DNA of 63,976 nucleotides, the filler included, from Octopus bimaculoides (lineage: Eukaryota): NCBI RefSeq assembly GCF_001194135.2. It is 8 parts of 8 records of this genome, joined end to end, with 100 filler letters (N's around TTAATTAATTAA, not from the genome) between each part and the next. Parts side by side here need not be neighbours in the genome. Positions count along the whole stretch, not along the records: positions 46,950 to 57,538 come from NC_068995.1; positions 57,639 to 60,991 come from NW_026403988.1; positions 61,092 to 62,727 come from NC_068991.1; positions 62,828 to 63,976 come from NC_068997.1; 4 more parts are not named here. One strand, written 5' to 3'. The notes under the pieces were generated by a model that was not told where the DNA came from, ran no database searches, and saw nothing but the letters and a program-made list of their open reading frames with translations. A program made the translations under genes and the position numbers. Shown here in pieces: positions 52,880 to 63,976 of this stretch; within the stretch, counting starts at the first letter, position 1; each line of letters begins with the position of its first letter.

Positions 52880-53430
52880 TTATTTGGTTTGGTTTCATTA
52901 TATCTTTTTTCCTTCAAAGCTTGGTTCAAATTGCTGACAGCAGACTTGAGCATTAACTTTTGCACTAGGTGGTAACAATTCAAAGTGAATTACTCCTTTG
53001 GAATCCCACCAGATAGAGAGAAGAACCTTTTTCCCATGAAATTCCCTTCTCGGTTGTGGTTGAGCTTTTTCCCTTTTACCAAGCCACTGTTTATGACGTT
53101 TAACATTTCGATTGAAGATCCATTTTTCGTCACCAGTCACAAGTCTATCCAAAAAGGGTGAAATGAGTTCGCGAGAATGGAGTGAAGACCAGATATCAAC
53201 TCGGGATTTGCGGTTGCTTTCGGACAATTGATGAGGCATCCATTTTCCAACTTTAGGAACCTTTCCAAGTTGTTGAAGATGACGATGAACAGTTGTATGG
53301 TTTGAACTAAACTTAACAAGAACATAGGAGGGTATGAACTCTTGTTTCTTCCGAGCAATCTGTGCCATGGACCTATGGTAACCATAGCTCATCAAGGCCA
53401 CCGTTATCAGGTCGTTGGACGGAGAACCCT
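52880..53430 (-). mobile_element. Mos1-type mariner transposase fragment
   Basis: KWMPHQLS, RLVTGDEKWI, KKVLLSIWWDSKGVIHFELLP. Truncated by a SINE at ~53437. Confidence 0.85.
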
Positions 53431-53436
53431 CGCTCA

Positions 53437-53600
53437 TGCGTAGGAGTGGCTATGTGGTAAGTAGCTTGCTTACGAACCACATGGTTCCGGGTTCAGTCCC
53501 ACTGCATGGCACCTTGGGCAAGTGTTTTCTACTATAGCCTCGGGCCGACCAAAGCCTTGTAAGTGGATTTGGTAGACGGAAACTGAAAGAAGCCCGTAGT
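53437..53600 (+). mobile_element. tRNA-derived SINE
   Basis: gtggctatgtggtaag..ggttcagtccc head with the ggatttggtagacggaaactgaaagaagc tail seen in several copies in this window. Confidence 0.7.
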
Positions 53601-53989
53601 ATAGATGTATANNNNNNNNNNNNNNNNNNNNNNNNNNNNNNNNNNNNNNNNNNNNNNNNNNNNNNNNNNNNNNNNNNNNNNNNNNNNNNNNNNNNNNNNN
53701 NNNNNNNNNNNNNNNNNNNNNNNNNNNNNNNNNNNNNNNNNNNNNNNNNNNNNNNNNNNNNNNNATATATATATTATATATTATATATTATATATTATAT
53801 ATATAATATATATACATTATATATATTATATATATATATATAATATATATTGGATATATATTAAATATATATAATATATATTCTATATATATATGCATAT
53901 ATATGTGTGTGTGTATGCCTGTGTGTATGCCTGTGTGTATGTGTGTGTGCGTACGTGTGTGTGTGTGTGTGTGTGTATGTACATCACGC

Positions 53990-54700
53990 ATCAAAGTAAA
54001 ATCTATTCTTTGGAATTCAACGAAATTTCAATACAAAATCGTCTGAAGAGGGCAGAAGTTTACATGAAGGTCGACTGTTCAAAAGTTTTGTTTACAGATG
54101 AAACTCGTGCTAGTTTTGATGGAGCTGATGGCTGCAGCAAAGAATGGATTGTAAATGGACGAGATCGTCATCAACGCTCGAGATAAGGCATCGTTATTTG
54201 GGCAAGTATCATTGGATGTATTATGGTTGGTCCTTGAAAAGCGCCGGACGGTGTTGAAATGACTCCGAACGCTTACACGGCGTTTCTGGGGGAGCACCTT
54301 GAACCTTGGTTAAAAAAAATCAAAGGATCACCTTCAGGATAATCATGATATTGATGCAAGATAATGAGCCCTCGCGCCCAGCGAAGAAAGCTACAGAGTA
54401 TCTGCAACAATTAGGCTTCTGTGGACCACTGAAGATGAAGTGGCCTGCCTGTTCCTCCGACTTAAACTGAATAGAGTTTAGGAGAAAGGACGCCAATTTA
54501 GGAGAAAGGATGAACTGTGACAGGCAATAATGGATGTATCTCGTGGTATAACATCAGAGGAATTCCAGAAGTTAGTATGTTCCATACAACAACGCCTTTT
54601 CAAACGTATTTGAAATGAAGGCTCATATAGCCCTTACTAACCAGCTCACCAATCATTTTTAATGTCTTTTATTTGTTTATTTCTATTCCATGTTTATGAC
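53990..54700 (+). mobile_element. Tc1-like transposase remnant
   Basis: VLFTDETRASFDG, IVIWASI, MQDNEPSRPAK, KWPACSSDLN. Confidence 0.7.
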
Positions 54701-55103
54701 TGTATGTGTTCATTTCTTTATGTTCATCAAACAATTAAATTGGTATTTTCTTGTTTACATGAGTTTTAATTGTACGTCGCTAATCATTTGAAGCACAGAA
54801 AGTTTACGTAAATTTGGTAAATGGCTGTAGATTTTGTGTTGTTTTACAGAACTTCACGTTTTTTATACACCGAGCGCATATTACCGATGTCATCATTCGG
54901 TGAAACTTTTGCTGAATTCCAATGAGTAGTTCTGAAATAAAACCAAAACGGTGTCACGTCGTTAATAATTTGAATAATTTGAAACGCAGCATATATATAT
55001 ATGGATATATACTGAGCTACCCGGCAAAATTGTTAATTATTAATTTTATTACTAATTGACGATTCCCTGCCCTGCATATCTATGGATATATAGATATATA
55101 TAG

Positions 55104-55147
<44 letters not shown>

Positions 55148-56513
55148 GTGTATATATGTATTTATGTATGTATTATGTATGTGTGTATGTATGTGTATGT
55201 ACAAATCACGTAGCCTATTTCTCATGCGCCAAAATACATCATCTTCTGCTTAAAACTTACAACAAAACGAAAAATTTCCGAATTCGTTTTCCTTCCTCTT
55301 TGTCATTTAACATGCAATTACATTTTTTGGACATTTAATTTACTTTTATACACTATTTTGTATTTCCTTTTCATTTTCGCGAAGTGCTTACCTTTTATGC
55401 TGTACTTGCATTCACGCACTTAAATGAATACAACCACAAAGAAAAAAAATACAGTTATATTTTCAGCGTGCGTACAACTTTCTTGTTATAGAAAAATGTC
55501 GCCATCTATATATGTAGCTTATCTCACCTGAAAGCTCATTAAAAGTGGAATCGGTTCAACAACGTTCATTTAAGTCTTCGTTCAATCTTCGACGTTTGTC
55601 TATATCGACTCATAGATATATGTATATGTATATGTGTACACAGCGAGAGTTAAACTCACAAAATCCATTGCATTCACGTTCTGGTATGTACATTTCTTTC
55701 TTTCTTTCTTTCTCCTACATTCTTCAGTCATCGTTCTTCTTACCTTTAAACATGTACGACATCTGTTAGTTATTTCTGCTTCCTATGTTTCTCTTCTTAC
55801 ATACAGGAAAACATGCATTTTCTGTGACACTTTGTACAGGTCTCCAAACGACAAGTTTTCTGGTGGTGAAATGTGTAGTGGTTGTGACATCACTAGTTAA
55901 GGCAGCTAGTGTTCTAGTGTTTCCTTGATTAAATTCGGCTGATAAGCTTCCTTTTAGCTCCAATGGGAATTATTACCCAAGAATTAGCGGAACTGAAATT
56001 GGCTAGTTATAGACAAGTAAATCCCGAAGTAGTCTTTGTTAGATCGGTTTATCGTTTAGCGTAAAATTATATCTGCAATAAATTTGACAAATAAGAGGAA
56101 GTTTAATAATTCCTCCTATAGCTATGATAGATATTTTTATTACCAATGTATGGGTCTAAAGGAATTATGGAAAGCAAGTAATTGCAAAATTATTACAGAA
56201 GTATTATTATAAAGGGAGTAGAAAGAAAAATATTGCAAAAATGATTTATATGATTCTGTTGATATTTTCGAATAAGTCACAGAAACTCTACAGGTGGCTT
56301 GTTTCCTTAATTCAAAGATTCAAATTTGTCGCATACTGTGTCCCGCTGGTTTCGCTTTTGCACTGCATTAAAATCATATGTGTCAGTGGAATACTCAGCC
56401 ACTTACACTCTAATTCTATGACCATGTATTTCAGACGATTGAACATCACGTGAAGCATCTTTAAAACCAAAGAATATTGATATACTCTGTGTGTGTGTGC
56501 GTGTGTGTGTATA

Positions 56514-56544
<31 letters not shown>

Positions 56545-57468
56545 ACGTTCACACTAAATTATGCTACGTTGATTTACATTGTCACTTCATGTTACTTACC
56601 TTAACATGGTGATACAAACGGATAAAATTAAGTACCTAAGTAAAACATGTATCGGTGTTGGAATTGTTGACTAATCCCTTAAAAGCGATGTGTCTGTGTC
56701 CCAGGATAGGTGAAGCCATCAAAAGAATAAGAGAGTCGTATTATGGATAGATTTAACAATAACTTTACGAGTTATGTACAGTAGCTCTATAACAATTTCC
56801 TGGACAGATGTTAGACAAACATTCCAACAATATATTCTCTGTAAAATGGCATTCCTAATATATTTATTGCATTCCTGTTCACTCATTGTAAATTTGTTTC
56901 CAGATTAGAGGTTTCCAGTTGAAGAATTACGATAAAAATGATCGAACATGATATTAAGATGTTTTTCACTTTTAAAGGAGAAGAGTTTAAGTATTGAGAA
57001 ACAGGAAAAAAAAATCATTGCTTGCAAATTGCTATACTGTAAACATGAGAAAGCTGCGATTTTTTCCTCTTTCGTTTTATTAATATAAATATTACATCGG
57101 AAGGAATTACAAACCAATCAATTCACAAAAAAAACATTAGATGAGGGATGGTGTTTCATAAATACGCGCCATAAATTTGCAATTTATCTTAAACTTTAAA
57201 TTACATAAACGAAGAACATTCTAGGTACTTTTTTTTAGAATTTCTACACAACTTTCTTTTCAAATTGAGAATTGAATTATAGACATTAATATAGACATAT
57301 AACTGCAAACAATATAATTGTATTAAAGTATTAAAACTCACACAACTGAAATAAAAGAGCTAAATTTGTTTTTATTTTGGGAAACGCTATAAATTCAAGT
57401 CGATCCTTCGTACAACATTGTTTGCATTTTTGCATTAATTTCCTTTACTTGCTTTTAAGATTGATAGG

Positions 57469-57538
<70 letters not shown>

Positions 57539-57728
57539 NNNNNNNNNNNNNNNNNNNNNNNNNNNNNNNNNNNNNNNNNNNNTTAATTAATTAANNNNNN
57601 NNNNNNNNNNNNNNNNNNNNNNNNNNNNNNNNNNNNNNATATATAGAATATATATATACACGCATACAATCATACATGTCTAACCGTATATACATGTTTG
57701 TGTGTATATGTATGCTACGTGAACGTGC

Positions 57729-57764
<36 letters not shown>

Positions 57765-58131
57765 GGGTGTGTGTTTGTGCCTGTGTACATACAAACAAAC
57801 ACACACACACACACAAATATATATATATACGTATATATATACGTACACATACATTCACACACGCACCCACACACATGTATACATAACCTATATGTGTATA
57901 TACTTAACACACATGCTCATCTATAATTATACATATGCACATATGTGCACACATTGCATGTATATGTATGCAGTTGTTGTTTTTTTTTCTGTACGCGTCT
58001 ATAAAAAAAAACTAGATATGCATTTATACATATATGCATAAGAATCTTAACACACGCATATGTGCATATGTACATATATATGTGTGTATGTGTGTGTTTG
58101 TGATCGTGTGAGCGTCTGTATATATGAGTAC

Positions 58132-58169
<38 letters not shown>

Positions 58170-59700
58170 NNNNNNNNNNNNNNNNNNNNNNNNNNNNNNN
58201 NNNNNNNNNNNNNNNNNNNNNNNNNNNNNNNNNNNNNNNNNNNNNNNNNNNNNNNNNNNNNNNNNNNNNNNNNNNNNNNNNNNNNNNNNNNNNNNNNNNN
58301 NNNNNNNNNNNNNNNNNNNNNNNNNNNNNNNNNNNNNNNNNNNNNNNNNNNNNNNNNNNNNNNNNNNNNNNNNNNNNNNNNNNNNNNNNNNNNNNNNNNN
58401 NNNNNNNNNNNNNNNNNNNNNNNNNNNNNNNNNNNNNNNNNNNNNNNNNNNNNNNNNNNNNNNNNNNNNNNNNNNNNNNNNNNNNNNNNNNNNNNNNNNN
58501 NNNNNNNNNNNNNNNNNNNNNNNNNNNNNNNNNNNNNNNNNNNNNNNNNNNNNNNNNNNNNNNNNNNNNNNNNNNNNNNNNNNNNNNNNNNNNNNNNNNN
58601 NNNNNNNNNNNNNNNNNNNNNNNNNNNNNNNNNNNNNNNNNNNNNNNNNNNNNNNNNNNNNNNNNNNNNNNNNNNNNNNNNNNNNNNNNNNNNNNNNNNN
58701 NNNNNNNNNNNNNNNNNNNNNNNNNNNNNNNNNNNNNNNNNNNNNNNNNNNNNNNNNNNNNNNNNNNNNNNNNNNNNNNNNNNNNNNNNNNNNNNNNNNN
58801 NNNNNNNNNNNNNNNNNNNNNNNNNNNNNNNNNNNNNNNNNNNNNNNNNNNNNNNNNNNNNNNNNNNNNNNNNNNNNNNNNNNNNNNNNNNNNNNNNNNN
58901 NNNNNNNNNNNNNTTTTCTCCACACTATCCAGACACACTCGCATACAAACATCCTCACACACACACACACACATTCTCTATCCCCCTTTCTTTCTCGTAT
59001 AGGTTTCTTAATCTTTTTTCTTCTTATCCCCCCCCACATCCCCCACCCACACATACATACACACACGTACATAATCACACACATACACACACACACATGC
59101 ACACACACACACACACACACATCCACAGAAGATTTCTATTTCTACGTTTCTTTTTCTTCTATTGCAATTCTTACCCTCGTCTGTCTGTCTCTCTTTCTCC
59201 TTCCTTCTCTCCCTCCTCTCTCTCCTTCTCTCTCTCTCCTCTGTTTTCTTTCTTTCATCTCTATATTATTTCCTCTCCCTCCCTCTCTCTTTCACGCCCA
59301 CACAAAATTAGTTATACATTCCCTCACACAGTTACTCTTTCTTTCATATTTATCTCTCTCTCTTTCTCTCTGTCTCTCCATCTCTGTCTCCTTCTCTCTC
59401 TCCAGTTCTTTATTCTCTTTTCTCCTTGTTTCTCTTCGCATCTCTATCTCTCTTTCTCAATCAATCACTCTCTCTCCCCTTCTCCTCCTCCCTCACGTCC
59501 CTCCCCCTCTCTCCACCCTCCTCCCACCACTCCGTCTCTCCGACGTCCAATATGTCTTTCTTCTAAACATTTCTTATTTTTTGCTCTCTCTCTCTCCCAC
59601 CCAACAATTTCTCTCCCTCTTTCTTCTCTTTCTTCCTCTCTCTCTACCCATCTTCTTTTCTCTCTTTCCTCTCTCTCTCTCACTCTTTCACTCTCATTCT

Positions 59701-59736
<36 letters not shown>

Positions 59737-61091
59737 CTCGACTATTACTGTTTTACACTTTCATCTTCCTCATACACCAAACATCACACCTAGAAAGACT
59801 TCACCGCCNNNNNNNNNNNNNNNNNNNNNNNNNNNNNNNNNNNNNNNNNNNNNNNNNNNNNNNNNNNNNNNNNNNNNNNNNNNNNNNNNNNNNNNNNNNN
59901 NNNNNNNNNNNNNNNNNNNNNNNNNNNNNNNNNNNNNNNNNNNNNNNNNNNNNNNNNNNNNNNNNNNNNNNNNNNNNNNNNNNNNNNNNNNNNNNNNNNN
60001 NNNNNNNNNNNNNNNNNNNNNNNNNNNNNNNNNNNNNNNNNNNNNNNNNNNNNNNNNNNNNNNNNNNNNNNNNNNNNNNNNNNNNNNNNNNNNNNNNNNN
60101 NNNNNNNNNNNNNNNNNNNNNNNNNNNNNNNNNNNNNNNNNNNNNNNNNNNNNNNNNNNNNNNNNNNNNNNNNNNNNNNNNNNNNNNNNNNNNNNNNNNN
60201 NNNNNNNNNNNNNNNNNNNNNNNTCCACCACCACCACCACCACCACCACCTGTACCCCAGCATCGTCTCTATCGCTATGATGATGATCATCATCATCATT
60301 ATCATTGTCATCCACCGACAACGTCACCAGCAGAACGAAAGACACCACCAGCACCAATGCCGTCTCACCGCCATTTATCACACCTGAGATCTGCAGTTAA
60401 TGGTGGCGGTGGTGAGGAGGTGGAAGAGGAAGAGGAGGAGGAGGAAAAGGAGTACGACGACGATGGGGACGTAGATGGGGACGGGGGGAAAAGGTGTTGT
60501 TGAAAAGGTGTTGATAGTGTGTTGTTGATGATAGTGGTGGTGATGATGATTATGACGACGACGACGACGACAATGCTGATGATGACGATGAGGATGATGA
60601 TGACGATGAGGATGATGACGATGAGGATGATGACGATGAGGATGATGATGATGATGATGATGAACAACCATTATCTACGTGCAAAGCAAGATTTTTGCCA
60701 ACCACGTCAATTTTGAAATTTACACTCTTCTCTCAATTTTTGGTTTACATTTAGAAACGCGCACATACACACACACACACACTCACACACACACGCACAC
60801 ACATACATACACAGACGGACACACACACAAACACACATACGCACACACAAACACACACGCACATACATACACAGACACACGCACATACACAGACACATAC
60901 ATACAGACACATTCATATACACACACACAGGCACACACAGACACACACAGGCACACACAGACGCAAACACACAGACACACACATACATACANNNNNNNNN
61001 NNNNNNNNNNNNNNNNNNNNNNNNNNNNNNNNNNNTTAATTAATTAANNNNNNNNNNNNNNNNNNNNNNNNNNNNNNNNNNNNNNNNNNNN

Positions 61092-61413
61092 CCTGCTCGG
61101 GAAATTAACGTGCAAGTGGCTGAGCATTCCACAGACACGTGTACTCTTAACGTAGTTCTCGGGGATATTCATCGTGACACAGTGTGACAAGGCTGACCCT
61201 TTGAATTACAGGCACAACAGAAACAGAAAGTAAGAGTGAGAGATGGTTGTGGTGAAAGAGTACAGCAGGGTTCGCCACCATCCCCTGCCGGAACCTCGTG
61301 GACCTTTAGGTGTTTTCGCTCAATAAACACTCACAACGCCCGGTCTGGGAATCGAAACCACGATCCTATGACCGTGAGTCCGCTGCCCTAACCACTGGGC
61401 CATTGTGCCTCCA
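61092..61413 (-). mobile_element. tRNA-derived SINE
   Basis: Minus-strand head ggaggcacaatggcccagtggttagggcagcggactc..ggtttcgattccc. A related plus-strand copy lies at ~12565-12720. Confidence 0.7.
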
Positions 61414-62130
61414 CTATAGCTACGTATAGCGCCATTTTATCCTTCATTGAAATCCCATTGACGCCATTTAAACTGTAAACTAGTTGTCTAACTTCGTAAA
61501 ATGTTTAATTTGACGCAATTTCTTTCATCGTATATCTTGAGTCGATTTCTTCGACCAAATATTTAAAGATAGTTTCGGGGCCACTGACTTGAAGAGTTTG
61601 GCTCAACATATCAAAAGTGACACTTGTTTTAAAGCTTGGTACTTTATACTATCGATCTATTTCTGCCGAACTACTGGTTGACCCGGACTACAGTGAAAGA
61701 CACCTGTCCAAGGTGCCACACAGAGGGATTGAACCCAAGACCACGTACTTACTACACACGCACGCCTGCGCCTATGATATTTCCTCCATAGTATTTTCTC
61801 CTGTAAGTAATTATATGATGTTCCACAAAACTATTCGAGTCATTTGCTCATAGAGGCCCCCTTACATCATTGACAACTGCAGTGCGTCTATCGTTCCAGT
61901 TGTAAGTTGTCCAGGTGTCGTTACTGAAGTGTTAAATGATAGGAGGATATTAAACCATTGATGGATTTTGTTTGAGTTTGTGTAAGCACCAGTAATGTCG
62001 TGGGAAGACGAAACGAAGGTATTGTAGGATGCTTTACACTAGCGTGAGAACGGAGACTGGATCAATTATATACATGATATTCATCAAGCTGGCAATTTTT
62101 TTATATTGCTCTTGACCTAACTCTAGTGAG

Positions 62131-62161
<31 letters not shown>

Positions 62162-62685
62162 TGTGTGTGTGTGTACATGTNNNNNNNNNNNNNNNNNNNN
62201 NNNNNNNNNNNNNNNNNNNNNNNNNNNNNNNNNNNNNNNNNNNNNNNNNNNNNNNNNNNNNNNNNNNNNNNNNNNNNNNNATATATATATATATAATATA
62301 TATAATGTGTGTGTGTTTGTGAATATATACATATATATGTATGTATATATACGTATATCTGTATATATACATATACATATATATACATATATATACACTC
62401 ATGTATGTATGCATGTGTGTATATATGTTTGTATGTATATAAAATACTCTTGACGTACATGGATATATATAAGTATATTCGAAATTTAGGCACCTAATTC
62501 TGCATACTTTCTACAAAAAAATGAATGAATAATGCACTTTCTCTTTTTCCAATGTAATATTATAATCTATCTATCTATCTCTCTATCTCTCTCTCTCTCT
62601 ATCTATCTAACTATCTATCCATCAATATCAATAAGTGTTTGAATAATTGTGTGTTTGAATAATTGTGTGCATATATAATTTTTGT

Positions 62686-62727
<42 letters not shown>

Positions 62728-62898
62728 NNNNNNNNNNNNNNNNNNNNNNNNNNNNNNNNNNNNNNNNNNNNTTAATTAATTAANNNNNNNNNNNNNNNNN
62801 NNNNNNNNNNNNNNNNNNNNNNNNNNNCTCATTCCCCCGTCTCTCTTCCCTTCTCTCTCTGTATTTTTAGCATGTATGTGCTGCATGTATATATGTAT

Positions 62899-62950
<52 letters not shown>

Positions 62951-63976
62951 GAGCATACAGACATATGTATGTATATGGGTATGTATGTATATATGTTTGT
63001 GCGTGTGTGTGTGTATGTATGTATGTATCTATATATGTTTGTGTGTGTGTGTGCGTATATGTATTTATATATATATATACACATGTATATATACATGTAT
63101 ATATATATATATATATACATGTATATATACATGTATATATATATATATACACATGTATATATACATGTATATATATATATATATACATGTATATATACAT
63201 GTATATATATTCTTGTATATGATCGAACAAGCCTTACTGAAACAAAATAAAGTTCTCCATACTTTGTAAACTATTCACCTATTTAAGAATGTCTGTTAGA
63301 GTGTATATGTATTTACGTCATTGTTCAGTTTTATTTCAAGATTTCTTGCCAATAGAGAAAGAGCCGGTTTCTAACCTAGATTCAAGGCTCCTTCATTGGA
63401 ATTTCAACATCAACAACAGGGTATTTTTGTTTGTTTGTTTGTGTGTGTGTGTGTGTGTGTGTGTGCGTGCGCGTGCAGATTTGTACGTTTTGCTTTATGT
63501 TAACAACCGCTGGGCAGCTAATTTGCGCCACTGTACACAGTTTCTCTTCTCTATCCCAAATCATTGTATCAGGCCTGTTATGCTTACATTTTATTGAGGT
63601 CTTCACTGGGACATTCCATGGATCTTTTTTAAAACGGCGCCATATTTTTCATTAACGAAACACTTTGAAACTTGGAACACTGGTAGAATGTGTCATATAA
63701 AACATCTTTTTCTCTTAGTCTTCTTTTAAAAAAATAAGAAATCCCAAAGTTATTCCATGTTAAAGTTGTATTTCTGTAATTTCAACCAATCACTGACGTC
63801 CATTCAGCCGATATACATTAAGTGCCGACTACATAAACAAACGATTCTGAAACAATTAACCCTAACCCTAGGATTAGGGTTAGGGTTAAAGCAAATTTAA
63901 AATGAAAAAAGCAAATAAAACGAAGGTATGGAGATTAAATACGCTTTACATCGCTTAATCAGCCAAAGGAGTAAAT

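Noticed and set aside
11662-62783. TTAATTAATTAA islands inside N gaps (11662, 36113, 39785, 46894, 57583, 61036, 62772)
   Set aside because: The identical 12-mer is centred in ~100-N gaps seven times, which points to a scaffolding/linker artefact rather than genomic sequence.
990-63230. Long ORFs made of [17 protein letters not shown] or poly-I/L
   Set aside because: Produced by N gaps and di/tri-nucleotide microsatellites; no coding signal.

Overview
AT-rich, gap-rich animal genomic DNA dense in microsatellites and SINEs; the repeat landscape looks like a coleoid cephalopod such as Octopus (inference). The left end carries the last two coding exons of a storkhead-box (STOX/knockout-like) gene on the minus strand (6745-7104, 3354-4993). 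Its winged-helix 5' exons were not found. From 13.5 to 34.8 kb on the plus strand is a tandem array of six paralogous ~1.05-1.09 kb exons, four intact and two pseudogenised. Each intact copy encodes a six-TM protein with gustatory-receptor-like (GRL/7TM ion channel) features, has its own ATG and a shared upstream motif, and ends at the same position in a phase-0 GTAAG donor just after TM6. No exon encoding the missing TM7 was recognisable between the copies, even across essentially gap-free spacers. The leading hypothesis is a protocadherin/UGT1-style variable-exon cluster spliced to shared downstream constant exon(s), possibly nested antisense in a STOX intron. The rest is transposon debris: Dong/R4-like, RTE and CR1-like LINEs, Penelope-like fold-backs with minimal hammerhead ribozymes, Tc1/mariner elements, Helitron-like elements and SINEs. 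All annotation was done by eye; no database search was run.
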